64,000 nt of DNA from positions 101,875 through 165,874 of the forward strand of contig JBKHIT010000004.1 in the NCBI GenBank assembly GCA_046538485.1, read 5' to 3'. Source of the DNA: Candidatus Brocadiia bacterium (GTDB lineage: Bacteria > Planctomycetota > Brocadiia > SM23-32). The translations under genes and the position numbers were made by a program. The notes beneath the pieces are model-generated. The model saw nothing but the letters and a program-made list of their open reading frames with translations. It had not been told where the DNA came from and made no database searches. Position 1 is the stretch's first letter. Every line of letters starts with the position of its first letter. Below are positions 1-9,866 of this stretch, one piece after another.

Positions 1-491
1 GGGACGGCCGCAAAACCGTTGCGCGTGATCTCGCGCAACACCGCCGCCGCTCGAAAACCTTTCCCTTTAAAAGGCGCCACAAACGTCCAATAAGCCGCAT
101 CATAAATTAAAATGACAACCCCCCCCACTTGCCCCAGGAATTCGTGAAACTGCCCACCGAGATACTCCAAAAAGCCCGGGCGATGAGGGACAAAATCCTC
201 TTTTTCCACGACATCCCAAAAATTGTACAGTTCCAACCCCGCATCCGCCGTTTTAGAGGCTTCAGATATCTCAAAACTACCCCCCTTGTGTTTCGCTGCC
301 CGCGCCACGTTCACAAGCCCGACAACCCCCAGAGCGGTCGTGGAATCAACCTCGCTAAGATCGACCGACCAGTGCGCGGCCCCCTCATACTGTTTTTGTA
401 TCTCCTCGATTGAGTACATAAAACCTTCATCAAGTGAGCCATCGACTTTAAGGTGAAGCTTTTCCCCCAGCTTTTTGACTTCGGTTCCCAT
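1..491 (-). CDS. STAS-domain/MlaE-family ABC transporter permease fusion (5' part; runs off window)
   Basis: Not in the ORF track; translated by hand from the ATG at 491 (AGAAGGA RBS upstream): MGTEVKKLGEKLHLKVDGSLD...VDLSEVDSTTALGVVGLV (STAS-like), then GFLEYLG...REITRNGFAAVP (typical start of the MlaE domain). Open to the window edge. Confidence 0.75.
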   Translation of the reverse strand, partial: MGTEVKKLGEKLHLKVDGSLDEGFMYSIEEIQKQYEGAAHWSVDLSEVDSTTALGVVGLVNVARAAKHKGGSFEISEASKTADAGLELYNFWDVVEKEDFVPHRPGFLEYLGGQFHEFLGQVGGVVILIYDAAYWTFVAPFKGKGFRAAAVLREITRNGFAAV

Positions 492-619
492 CGGTCCTTC
501 TCTGTTAACTGAATCGATGTCTCTTGCATCCTAACGATACTCAGCTGCCTTTGCACTTGTCAAGAAATCCTCTGCACGGGGTAATGCACATCGACCAGTT
601 CCTCCAGCCACGGGGAATC

Positions 620-708
620 TGGTGGGCGAGGCGGGATTCGAACCCGCACGGGGGATCGTCCCCCACTGGATTTTAAGTCCAGAGCGTCTGCCCTTCCGCC
701 ACTCGCCC
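620..708 (-). tRNA. tRNA-Leu(TAA)
   Basis: Reverse complement folds as a cloverleaf: GGGCGAG acceptor stem, anticodon arm CTGGA-CTTAAAA-TCCAG, long variable arm, GGTTCGAATCC T-arm, encoded CCA. Confidence 0.96.
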
Positions 709-827
709 GGTAACACCAGAATTCATCTAATTCCCTTATTGTGCAACGGCGACGCGCAAATATTCCCGAGAGAACGGTACTCTATCCAATCAATATGTTT
801 GTTTCAACCAGCAGTCCGCTCAAAATG

Positions 828-856
828 TTGACAGGAGGTAATTTGGTGGGTAGCAT
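828..856 (+). promoter_or_regulatory. sigma70-type promoter of the prepilin-type gene
   Basis: TTGACA (828-833), 17-nt spacer, TAGCAT (851-856), about 40 nt upstream of the ATG at 895. Confidence 0.65.
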
Positions 857-894
857 ATTTGACGTAAGTTACTGACACCACGGCGAGTCAAACG

Positions 895-1848
895 ATGAAA
901 ATTCTATGTCCGAAATTGGGTTCCCAAAAACAGTTCGGGGAAGAGGTCGAACAGAGGATTTCTCCCGCCGCACGTACGAAATGCGTCGCCCGGTCAAAAC
1001 TCTCTCCTCGCTTCCCAAAATCCCGTGGTTTCACACTCATCGAACTTCTTGTTGTCATAGCGATCATAGCAATCCTTGCCGCGATGTTGATGCCAGCACT
1101 GGAAAAAGCCAGAGAAACCGCCCGACGGGTTGTCTGTGTGAATAACTTGAAGAATCTTACCGTGTTCACGAAGATGTATGACATGGATAATGGGGCACTT
1201 CCCATGCAATGGGGAGGCCGTTACTCAAAGGGAGGTTACCGCGGACATCATTCCCACCAGGCTCTCTACTGGAATTACGTCGAAAATAGCGGCGGTAGCG
1301 GTAGTATTCCGAGGTTTCGCACACAAATAAACGATATCTATATTTGTCCGAGCCATGAAGTCGCCGGCCCCCGAAGGGACGATTTTTGGCAGATGCAGTA
1401 CGGATTCTTCACGGGCACAAAAATGGGACATGCCCAGGCCGGAACATCGTGTCCCAGCAAACGTGTAAAATTGTACGGACCCGGCCTGCGGGGAGACCAG
1501 GCACAGCGGGTACATGGAACGTATAAACTCAAGGGGGCCGGCCCGTCCCCCGCTCTCTGGGGTGATCGGCGCGATGGGGATCAATGGGATTTTGGGGCAA
1601 GGCTTAATCACGGGAAATTGACCCACGACGACGGCGGCAATGTCGGTCATAATGATGGATCGGCGCGCTGGTATAACGAATCAGAATATGTCCGATACAG
1701 TCACTGGGGAAGCTGGGGACCTGTCCCGAACACATCCGTCCTGCGATTCCTGCAGGAAGGCTGGGGGCGAACAGAAAATTTCACCACATTCGGCGGCAGC
1801 AATAACCGAAAAACTATCTCCGGCTACCACAATATGCCGTGCAACTGA
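895..1848 (+). CDS. Prepilin-type N-terminal cleavage/methylation protein (DUF1559-like, H-X9-DG-type C-terminus)
   Basis: [25 protein letters not shown]...AR...C.NNLK motif; C-terminal NH...[13 protein letters not shown]. Confidence 0.9.
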   Translation: MKILCPKLGSQKQFGEEVEQRISPAARTKCVARSKLSPRFPKSRGFTLIELLVVIAIIAILAAMLMPALEKARETARRVVCVNNLKNLTVFTKMYDMDNGALPMQWGGRYSKGGYRGHHSHQALYWNYVENSGGSGSIPRFRTQINDIYICPSHEVAGPRRDDFWQMQYGFFTGTKMGHAQAGTSCPSKRVKLYGPGLRGDQAQRVHGTYKLKGAGPSPALWGDRRDGDQWDFGARLNHGKLTHDDGGNVGHNDGSARWYNESEYVRYSHWGSWGPVPNTSVLRFLQEGWGRTENFTTFGGSNNRKTISGYHNMPCN

Positions 1849-1905
1849 ACACCCGCCTTCGCGTCATGACTGGAGATGAAAAGAAGCGGGAAACAATAAA
1901 AGAAG

Positions 1906-1982
1906 TGGAGGCGGCGACGGGATTCGAACCCGTGTATGACGGTTTTGCAAACCGTTGCCTTGGTCCACTTGGCTACGCCGCC
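1906..1982 (-). tRNA. tRNA-Cys(GCA)
   Basis: GGCGGCG acceptor stem, anticodon arm ACGGT-TTGCAAA-ACCGT, GGTTCGAATCC T-arm, U discriminator and CCA. Confidence 0.96.
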
Positions 1983-2113
1983 ATCACCGGAATTGTCCAG
2001 TCCACTCTTCTGAACATCAGTGTTTGATCGTTCGAACCCGCTACCGTAAACGACCCTTCCCAAAAAGTCAAACTTCCTATTTTGGTCAGCGCCTGCGCGG
2101 ATATTCCTGATCC

Positions 2114-2490
2114 TCAAAAAGCCCATTTATCATTTACCCCCATGCAATCTCGCAAATCCTTCTCCTCGGCCTGGTCCATTAAAAGGTGGGGCGAGGCATC
2201 ACCAGCCGGCGCACACTGAGGAAGCAGGTGGACAGATTCGCCAAATTCCGCTGACATTGATTCACGGACCTCGTGCCAGAAATCGGCGGAATATTAACTT
2301 CGCGATTCATCACACTGGGATGGACAGGCCAAATTGATTATTACTCCTGTGAGGTCCCCTCCCAAATCCCGCGTGAATAGCATATTCACAGAGTGATCGT
2401 CACACGCTTCAAGGCTCCGGAAATCCTCGCGCGCTACCTGGCCATACATCTGCGCCGAACCATCTGCATTTCGACAAATATTATTTTTTG
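2114..2490 (-). pseudogene. Internal fragment of a conserved hypothetical (ceramidase-like) PVC protein
   Basis: One frame reads ADGSAQMYG...EACDDHSVNMLFT...GVIINLACPSQ..SRS*YSADFWHEVR...LLPQCAPAGDASPH, with an in-frame TAA at 2294-2296 and no proper start or end. Confidence 0.6.
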
Positions 2491-2561
2491 CTACAGCAGC
2501 CCCGCGAGATAGCGCAAGAAAGGTGCCGTCAATAAATTGCCGCCTTCCCTTCGATGTTACC

Positions 2562-2589
2562 TTGACAGCAGATTCGGGACGGATAAACT
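2562..2589 (+). promoter_or_regulatory. Putative sigma70 promoter of the TMEM43 gene
   Basis: TTGACA (2562-2567), 16 nt, TAAACT (2584-2589). Confidence 0.5.
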
Positions 2590-2648
2590 CAGCTGTTACG
2601 AATTTACACCGTAGGCAGGGATATACACTGATACGCGGAGGTGCGGGA

Positions 2649-3818
2649 ATGTCTGATTCGTTCACGGAAGTCACAGAAGAGGGTTGGCTCGGCCAGATCA
2701 GGAATTCGTTCAAATCGGTCCTACTGGGCATTATTCTTTTTCTTGCAGCATTTCCAACCCTGTTTCTTAATGAAAGTTGCTACGTTAAACGCAAAAAAGC
2801 TCTCAACGAAGGTAAAGGGGCTGTCGTGCATGTGTCGGCGCAGACCGTCGATGCGGCCAATGAAGGGAAACTCGTTCACATGACCGGCAAAGCAACCACT
2901 GATGAGATTCTCCAGGACGAAATGTTTGATATTTCAGAGAACGCCATCAAACTCAGCCGTGTTGCTGAAATGTATCAGTGGAAAGAGGAAAAAGAGACGG
3001 AAACTCACAGAAAAACCGGCGGTCGAAAGGTAACCGAAACTCACTATGAATACACAAAAACGTGGGCCGATTCCTTGATCAGCTCATCAAATTTTAAAAA
3101 ACCCCAGGGGCATCAAAATCCCACCACAAAGCCTTACAAAAGCAAGTCCTGGGTAGCCGAGAATATAAACCTTGGCGCCTTCAACCTCTCATCGTCTCTG
3201 GTCAACCGTATCGATGCCTGGGATACCATTCCCGTGACTGAAGAACATCTCAACAAATTGCCGACAAATCTGGCTGAAAAATTCAAAGTGTCCGGTGGTT
3301 CATTCTATATGGGTGATGACCCCACTACACCGACCGTCGGTGATATGCGAATCAGTTTCAAAGTGGTGAAACCTACTACCGTAAGTCTTTACGCAAAACA
3401 AATTGGGAAAACGTTTGAGCCATACACCACCGAAGCAGGTGGAACCCTTGAACGTCTTCAAGTCGGGTCACACTCAGCGGAAGAGATGTTTGCTGCTGCC
3501 CAACGGGAGAACATCCTGCGACTGTGGGCCCTTCGGATCGGTGGGTTTTTGATGATGGCTATCGGTATAATGATGGTGTTTTCTCCGCTGGTAGCCGTGG
3601 CTAATGTCGTGCCATTTTTCGGTGACCTTATCCAGGGAGGCGGATGTTTGCTCGGCGGAGCCCTGGGATTCGGGCTTTCGCTGCTTACAATATCTATCGC
3701 CTGGTTGTCCTATCGACCAATTATAGGAATTCCGTTGCTCGTGGTTGGTGTTGGCAGTTTCGTGGCGTTTGTGGTCGTAAAAAAGAAAGCACCATCACAG
3801 GAACCTTCCTCCATGTAG
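2649..3818 (+). CDS. TMEM43 (LUMA/DUF1625) family membrane protein
   Basis: Start moved to the ATG at 2649 (GGAGG RBS). N-terminal TM, NEGKLVHMTG, R.AEMYQWKE, GHQNP, large soluble domain, then C-terminal TM helices ending IAWLSYRP. Confidence 0.88.
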   Translation: MSDSFTEVTEEGWLGQIRNSFKSVLLGIILFLAAFPTLFLNESCYVKRKKALNEGKGAVVHVSAQTVDAANEGKLVHMTGKATTDEILQDEMFDISENAIKLSRVAEMYQWKEEKETETHRKTGGRKVTETHYEYTKTWADSLISSSNFKKPQGHQNPTTKPYKSKSWVAENINLGAFNLSSSLVNRIDAWDTIPVTEEHLNKLPTNLAEKFKVSGGSFYMGDDPTTPTVGDMRISFKVVKPTTVSLYAKQIGKTFEPYTTEAGGTLERLQVGSHSAEEMFAAAQRENILRLWALRIGGFLMMAIGIMMVFSPLVAVANVVPFFGDLIQGGGCLLGGALGFGLSLLTISIAWLSYRPIIGIPLLVVGVGSFVAFVVVKKKAPSQEPSSM

Positions 3819-3992
3819 TTATGAGGGCAGACGGCTCGCGTTCTGTTGTTGTTTTCGGGGTACGGCAATCGGTTCCGACAGCAAAAAAGGTGTTTCATTC
3901 TCCGGGGCCTTCTTCCGACCGGTGGTATCCTCACCTTACAACATGCTGCCAAGCGATCCCATAGTATCTTTACCATACCCGTTCTCCATAAT

Positions 3993-4021
3993 TTGACATA
4001 TATAGCAGCGTTGATGACAAT
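3993..4021 (+). promoter_or_regulatory. Possible promoter of the MoxR/vWA operon
   Basis: TTGACA (3993-3998), 17 nt, GACAAT; AGGAGG RBS before the ATG at 4144. Confidence 0.4.
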
Positions 4022-4143
4022 AATGGGTAGTCGGGAATGTAATCAAGGGGGTGGCGTATTTTTTGCGCACGCATGCTGATACTGTCTTGCATTTTCATGG
4101 AACATTTTTGTTCAACGGGCGACCTACTTAAGCAGGAGGTAAA

Positions 4144-6012
4144 ATGTCAGGATCACGCTATGACCCGCCTGAACTGAGTTTTCTCGCATGGGTATTATTC
4201 GCTGTATTCGCCGGCGTGTGTAATCTTTCGATCATAGCTACACTGCATGCCGGGGAAAAAGTGCAAGACAGCGAAACCCAGAAAAAACTGGTACCCGCCC
4301 GATTTTCGGTAGAAACAGATGATCTGGGGTTTCGGTGGGATCTCAATAATTACGGGATGGTAAGCGATGGCTCGAATGACTGTTTTGATAATGGCCTTGA
4401 GCTGCGTGTTAATAACACTCTCTTCCAGGCTCAAAAAGCGCAGATGACCAAAGACGAACAGGAATACTTCCTCACCCAACAAGTCGGTGACCTGAAAGTT
4501 CTGCGACGTCTTCGTCTCTTAAAAAAACGGGGGGCCGTCCGCTATATCGAAATAATTCAGAACCCTACAGGGAGCCAAAAGACGGCGCAGATCCAGATTC
4601 GGACCCGACTCGGAGACGAAGCGACCAGCGTTTATACCAGCGGTGGAAAAGCTTTTTCGGGCGAGTTATCAAAACAAGATATAGGCCTGGTGGCAGTCCC
4701 CCAACCGCCCCACCCTTCTGTCATGTTCCTCATTGTCGGACGCCACAGCCGGAACCGACCCCAAATCATGACGCACGACAAACGTCGATTTTATTTCTCC
4801 TATGACCTGACTATCCCGCCCCGTTCAACACGCAGTATTCTCCACGTCGTTGCGCAAAGAAAACAAATCAAAGACTCTGAATCCGCACGAGCTTTCACGG
4901 CATTTTACCGGGGAGGCCCGTTTAAATTGGGAATTCCGAAACACCATGCTGGAACAATTGTTAATTTCCGCTCGGGAAGCGCATTTTTGGGTAATGCGGG
5001 AACCGCTTCTGCACTCAGACCGATGTTAAATTTACTCAGCGACATCGGAATCCAGCGGTCCGAAAAGGATAAAATTCGCCTTCAGGGTGGTGGCACCCTC
5101 AATGGCACGATAAATTGTCAAAATCTCCATATTGAAACGCGTTTTGGGAAACTGACACCACCCCTACACGAAATCGGCCTCCTGGTCGGAGAAGGCACCG
5201 TCGGGCGTACTCCGATCCTTTACCTGCGTAGTGGCGAGATTTTGCCTGGACGCATTGAAGCCAAAGGGCTCCGGTTCACAGGTGAATCGGGCGTGGAAAT
5301 GGATCTCGATCCAACCCGTTTGGACATGTTAATTTTCCACAAAGCTAAAACGGATGGGAAACGTCCTGCAGGTTCTAAAGCCTACCTCTCGACTCATCCG
5401 GGCGAACGTCTGATTATCGGCGGAGGCGCTGAATTCAGATTGCGTTTTGCAACGCCATGGGGAACTTTGAAAGTCCCGACCTCACAAATTTGTGCGCTCG
5501 AATACCAGTCAAAACCGCAACCCCTGACCATTTTAACCCTTACCGATGGCACATATCTCCCTGCTATCATATCGGGCTCCGATACCAAAATCCCCACGCT
5601 TCGCTTTGGTGAAATAACCCTCAAGGCTTCAAATATTTCCAGATTTTCTCCAGTAAAAAGCGGCACTGGATCCGACATAGATGTTCCCAGTAAAGCCCAC
5701 TGCCTGCTGCTTGGGAACTACCGTATGGTCGGCAAAATCGGCCTCGATCGCCTGCATCTGGAGTCTTCTTTGGGAACCACCGCTGTCAATCCCGACAAAG
5801 TTTTCTTGTTGGATCAAGTTCGCAGCCGCCCCGAAAACATCCGTAGCCCCGCATTCGCTGTGCGACTCAAGGGCGGCACTCGTATTAGCGGTGTGGTACG
5901 TGAGTCCGTTCTGCCAATACGTATCGGCGATCGAACCCTGCGTGTCCCGGTACGACATATCCTATCTTATCGGCAACCGAGTCTGAAACCAAAAGATTTC
6001 TTCGAATGGTAA
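4144..6012 (+). CDS. Probably exported hypothetical protein: N-terminal DG.NDCFD domain plus three tandem beta-rich repeats
   Basis: 622-aa ORF with strong RBS and a hydrophobic N-terminus; clearly paralogous to 6061-8088 (GFRWD, DGxNDCFD, QMTKD, VRY.EII.N, H..AQRK shared). Confidence 0.85.
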   Translation: MSGSRYDPPELSFLAWVLFAVFAGVCNLSIIATLHAGEKVQDSETQKKLVPARFSVETDDLGFRWDLNNYGMVSDGSNDCFDNGLELRVNNTLFQAQKAQMTKDEQEYFLTQQVGDLKVLRRLRLLKKRGAVRYIEIIQNPTGSQKTAQIQIRTRLGDEATSVYTSGGKAFSGELSKQDIGLVAVPQPPHPSVMFLIVGRHSRNRPQIMTHDKRRFYFSYDLTIPPRSTRSILHVVAQRKQIKDSESARAFTAFYRGGPFKLGIPKHHAGTIVNFRSGSAFLGNAGTASALRPMLNLLSDIGIQRSEKDKIRLQGGGTLNGTINCQNLHIETRFGKLTPPLHEIGLLVGEGTVGRTPILYLRSGEILPGRIEAKGLRFTGESGVEMDLDPTRLDMLIFHKAKTDGKRPAGSKAYLSTHPGERLIIGGGAEFRLRFATPWGTLKVPTSQICALEYQSKPQPLTILTLTDGTYLPAIISGSDTKIPTLRFGEITLKASNISRFSPVKSGTGSDIDVPSKAHCLLLGNYRMVGKIGLDRLHLESSLGTTAVNPDKVFLLDQVRSRPENIRSPAFAVRLKGGTRISGVVRESVLPIRIGDRTLRVPVRHILSYRQPSLKPKDFFEW

Positions 6013-6060
6013 AACCCTTAAACTCAACTCTTCGAGCGTTCGGAGTTTGAAAGGAAAAGA

Positions 6061-8088
6061 ATGGTAAGCCGCAACTGGCCGGAGCCATTACCAGGAACAT
6101 GCCCTTGTCTCAAGTTGCTCCTTATTGCATTAGGCATCATTACAGTTGCCGGGGGCTTTCGGACGAGCTGGTCTGCGCAGAAACTGGTAAACGCTAATTT
6201 CAACCCACGCAACGATTCAAAAGGTTTTCGCTGGGACATCGGTGCGCGTGGTTCTATCAATGATGGAGAAAATGACTGTTTTGACGGTGCGGCTCGCTTG
6301 TATATAAACGGCAGTCGGTTTCACAGTCGGAAAAACCAGATGACCAAAGATGGCAAAGAACTTGTGCTGAGTAGCACAACGTCGGGGGTTCAGGTAACCC
6401 GAAGAATTCGGGTGAAAGTCAAAGAAGCCGGTGTGAGATATGTCGAAATAATCAAAAATACAGGAAATGCAACCAGATCTGTTTCGCTCCGCATTCATAC
6501 TCAGCTCGGCGGCACTCCCCAGATGGTTTTGAGTACTGAGGGACGCAAAAATGCAACGAACCTTAAAAAGAAAGAATACGGCTTCCTCGCCTGGCAAAGC
6601 AGTTCGCACCGACCGTCCTGCCTCTTTGTCCTGTCTGGATCGAGAAGCAGGATAAAACCCGCCATTAATATCAGTCATAAACGAACTTTTGAGTTTACTT
6701 ATTCGTTGAAAATCAAGCCAGGCAAAACGGTTTCCGTGACACACAGTATGGCTCAGCGCAAAATTGGCAACCCTCCGAAAGCCAAAGATATTGAAAAACT
6801 GTTTAAGCCGTTTTTGAGCCGAGATTGGTTGCGTGACCTGCCGACCGAAGTGCGCCATAGCATTGTGAACGCTGGTTTTTCACACTATCTCGGAGGCGCC
6901 GGGGAAGATTTTCAGACCCGGCTCGAACGTCTGAATGTAGAGCGAGGGCAGTGCTGTATCCTCGCGATGGGATCACGCACACGACTCAAAGGAGACGTAA
7001 GTGGGCGCGGCCTGGTCATCGACACCGCATATGGCAGCCAGGCTTTCAAAATGGACGAGATCGCCGCAATCCGCGGCTCGGGAGCTGGCCCAGGAGACGG
7101 AGCTATCTTTTTACGCAACGGACAAATATTACATGGCAAACTTCAGTGGGAAGAACTCCGATTCAATACCAGCGCGGGCCCCGGAATACTCCTGAAACCT
7201 GAGACCCTCGACCGGCTTGTTATGCAAAAAGAAGTTGAAGACGGGCAGCCACGGCCAGAAGTCACGCTCTTCGTTGAAACGCTTCGGGGAGACCGCATCG
7301 CCATCACTGAACAAACCGAAGAACACCTTGAGCTCACCACACCCTGGAAAATGCGCAAAATCCCACTCGATGAAGTGCGATGGCTCAAAGAACTGAACAC
7401 AGAAACCCCCGGTTACAGAATCGCATTACGAGATGGCAGCTGCTTCTTCTCTTTTCTGGCCGGGACTCCGCTGAAACTTTATAGTCAGGATTTCGGGCTT
7501 CAGACGTTTCAACCGCACCAAATTCGGGGTCTGACAGCGGCACTCGGCCGGAAAGACAAAGATAGAACTGACATAACAGATCGCACCCAGCCTACCATTC
7601 TGCTCACCGGTGAAAATGTTCTCTCAGGGCGTATCGATAAAGATGTCGTCCATTTTGTGTCCAAAGGAGGCGTACTGCCCGTAGCTGCAAGTCAGATCCG
7701 TATTATGGAAGCTTTTTCAGAAGAATCTATACCTCGCATCGGAAGCAGTTTCGAAGCACAGCTATGGGATGGAGGTCTGGTCAGCGGTGGGCTTAAAGAA
7801 ACGACCCTGCCTATACGTTCCGGCAATTGGGTGGCGCATGTCCCGGCGCAGGAAGTGCTGGAGATCCGCAACCCTTTCCCACGCGTTCCCGATACAATGC
7901 GCAATAAAATTGCGACTCTTATTCGCAAATTGGGGCATGCATCGTGGGAAGAGCGCGAAAAAGCTGTTGAAAAAATCCAAGATATCGGTATTCAGGCCAA
8001 ACCGCAGCTCAAAGAAGCCGCCGATAACGCAAAAGACCCCGAAATTCGGCGGCGAGCCCAAAAATTACTTGAGGATATTCAGGAATGA
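6061..8088 (+). CDS. Probably exported hypothetical protein, paralogue of the upstream gene, with a C-terminal HEAT-like helical domain
   Basis: 675-aa ORF with the same N-domain and repeats; ends LIRKLGHASWEEREKAVEKIQDIG...DPEIRRRAQKLL. Confidence 0.85.
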   Translation: MVSRNWPEPLPGTCPCLKLLLIALGIITVAGGFRTSWSAQKLVNANFNPRNDSKGFRWDIGARGSINDGENDCFDGAARLYINGSRFHSRKNQMTKDGKELVLSSTTSGVQVTRRIRVKVKEAGVRYVEIIKNTGNATRSVSLRIHTQLGGTPQMVLSTEGRKNATNLKKKEYGFLAWQSSSHRPSCLFVLSGSRSRIKPAINISHKRTFEFTYSLKIKPGKTVSVTHSMAQRKIGNPPKAKDIEKLFKPFLSRDWLRDLPTEVRHSIVNAGFSHYLGGAGEDFQTRLERLNVERGQCCILAMGSRTRLKGDVSGRGLVIDTAYGSQAFKMDEIAAIRGSGAGPGDGAIFLRNGQILHGKLQWEELRFNTSAGPGILLKPETLDRLVMQKEVEDGQPRPEVTLFVETLRGDRIAITEQTEEHLELTTPWKMRKIPLDEVRWLKELNTETPGYRIALRDGSCFFSFLAGTPLKLYSQDFGLQTFQPHQIRGLTAALGRKDKDRTDITDRTQPTILLTGENVLSGRIDKDVVHFVSKGGVLPVAASQIRIMEAFSEESIPRIGSSFEAQLWDGGLVSGGLKETTLPIRSGNWVAHVPAQEVLEIRNPFPRVPDTMRNKIATLIRKLGHASWEEREKAVEKIQDIGIQAKPQLKEAADNAKDPEIRRRAQKLLEDIQE

Positions 8089-9866
8089 CTTCGGCAGACA
8101 AAACCATAAAATCACTGGCTGCCCGAACGCAGAAAAGGCTTGTGTTCGTCAACTTCCTCAAAGCCTGTCGTCAAACCGGATTGCCCGTTTTTACAATCGC
8201 CTCGATTGGCACTCTCCTGCTCCGTTTGATGGGCTGGAGAGCTCCCGGTTTTTTGCCAGCCCTCCTGGTTATCGGAGTCTGGATTTTGGGCTGCGCAGTC
8301 TGTGCATGGTTCCAGAAACCATCTCCGGTTCAAGCTATCGCCCTGGGCGACGAAAAAGCAGAACGCAAAGAAATGTTTTTGTCGGCTTATTGCTTCGAAT
8401 CCCTCCCCTCAATCGACGCCGGGCAGCAGCTACACCTGCAGAGAGCTCGAGATCGGGTTTCCGATCAACGATCTCACCTGCGCGACTTTTTCCCTCTTCC
8501 CTTTCCCGGCAAAAGCATCATCGCCGCCGCTTTCTTCCTGGTTTTCACCGCTTCAGGACTCTCGATACGAACGCTGCCACCAGAAGCCGCTTCAATGAGC
8601 GAAAAGGACCGACTGCGCGCAAAGAGAGTAGGACAAGACTTGAGCAATGCGATGAAAGGGATATCCAACGCGAACGCCCTGAAACCCGAGGAAAAGAGAG
8701 AGCTGCAGAACCTCAAAGCATCCCTCGCGGACGCGTCTGAAAAACTGAAAAATCTTTCCGAAGAAAGTCCCCGAGAACTTCTGGAAGAACTCGAAAAAAA
8801 AGCCCGAGAAGCCGAAAAACTTGCAAAATCACTGGGGAGCGGGTCGACCAACAAGCTCTCATCAGAAATGATAGCCGAACTCGAACGGCACGCCGATACA
8901 ACCGATTTCGGCTCCGCTCTCCGGGCTGAAGATCTCAAGCAAATAGCGGACGAATCAGAAAAACTGGGGGAGAAACTCGACAGAGAGGATCTAACTCTGG
9001 AAGAACAACGGCGCATTGAAAACGCCCTTCGCAAATCTCTGGATAAAGCAAACGAGCAAGATCGCTCCAGCACGATCGGGCAGACTATAACAAGGGCCCA
9101 GCGAAATCTCCAGAACAGTAATTCCAGGGCTGCTGCAAAACAGTTTCGAAACCTTGCGCGTCGGTTTCGTAGAAAACACCAGAGAAATCAAACACAAAAA
9201 AATGTTCACGGTCTTGCGCGTCGGCTGCGCAACGCCGGACATCGCATTTTCGGCCAGACGCCGAAGGGTATGCGTCGATTGCCCCCATCCGACCGCTCTC
9301 CACGAGGTTTGCAGGGTTTCGGCCCTCCGATAGCACTTCGCCGAAGCCAGCCATCAACGGGACCGGAAGGTAATAATAAAGAAGGCTTGGCACTGCCTCC
9401 CGGTAACGGCAACAAACCGCCTGGGGGCAGCCTCATGTTCCCCTTACCCGGTGGCCAAAATGGCGATGGCAAAGGATTGTTACCAGGACAAGGCAATGAA
9501 GGCGGACTTGGCAGCACGCCGGTGCCGGGGGCATCATCTTCTCGTAACGCTAATGCCGGTAAGGGCGGGTTGGAAGCCGGGCACGGAACAGCTCCCTATG
9601 GCAACAAAAAAACCCGTCCATTTGACCCGAGCAAAACGGGGGTTGTCTCGGCAGCTTCCGAGGGCGAAGGACCGTCGTCTCTCCGGCGTATGTCCGGAAT
9701 GCCACATGGAGAAAAAGCCAGCCGAGAAGCACACGCACTCAATGTCACCGAATTCCTCCAAACCCAGGAAACGGCGCTCAACGAAAAATCGTTGCCTCTT
9801 TCGCGCCGCGACCAGGTGCTGAGATATTTCACTGCCCTCAGGAGACAACTCGAAAATGGAGAATAA
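8085..9866 (+). CDS. Membrane-anchored coiled-coil protein with a Gly-rich linker (MoxR-operon accessory)
   Basis: N-terminal TM helices, long E/K/L heptad region, Gly/Pro/Asn-rich segment, C-terminal LPLSRRDQVLRYF motif; ATGA overlap with the upstream stop. Confidence 0.8.
   Translation: MTSADKTIKSLAARTQKRLVFVNFLKACRQTGLPVFTIASIGTLLLRLMGWRAPGFLPALLVIGVWILGCAVCAWFQKPSPVQAIALGDEKAERKEMFLSAYCFESLPSIDAGQQLHLQRARDRVSDQRSHLRDFFPLPFPGKSIIAAAFFLVFTASGLSIRTLPPEAASMSEKDRLRAKRVGQDLSNAMKGISNANALKPEEKRELQNLKASLADASEKLKNLSEESPRELLEELEKKAREAEKLAKSLGSGSTNKLSSEMIAELERHADTTDFGSALRAEDLKQIADESEKLGEKLDREDLTLEEQRRIENALRKSLDKANEQDRSSTIGQTITRAQRNLQNSNSRAAAKQFRNLARRFRRKHQRNQTQKNVHGLARRLRNAGHRIFGQTPKGMRRLPPSDRSPRGLQGFGPPIALRRSQPSTGPEGNNKEGLALPPGNGNKPPGGSLMFPLPGGQNGDGKGLLPGQGNEGGLGSTPVPGASSSRNANAGKGGLEAGHGTAPYGNKKTRPFDPSKTGVVSAASEGEGPSSLRRMSGMPHGEKASREAHALNVTEFLQTQETALNEKSLPLSRRDQVLRYFTALRRQLENGE

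Noticed and set aside
119..126. G8 tract in the STAS-MlaE gene as a frameshift
   Set aside because: The reading frame stays open and protein-like across the tract.
620..2100. Integrated genomic island at the tRNAs
   Set aside because: No integrase and no duplicated tRNA 3' end was found in the window.
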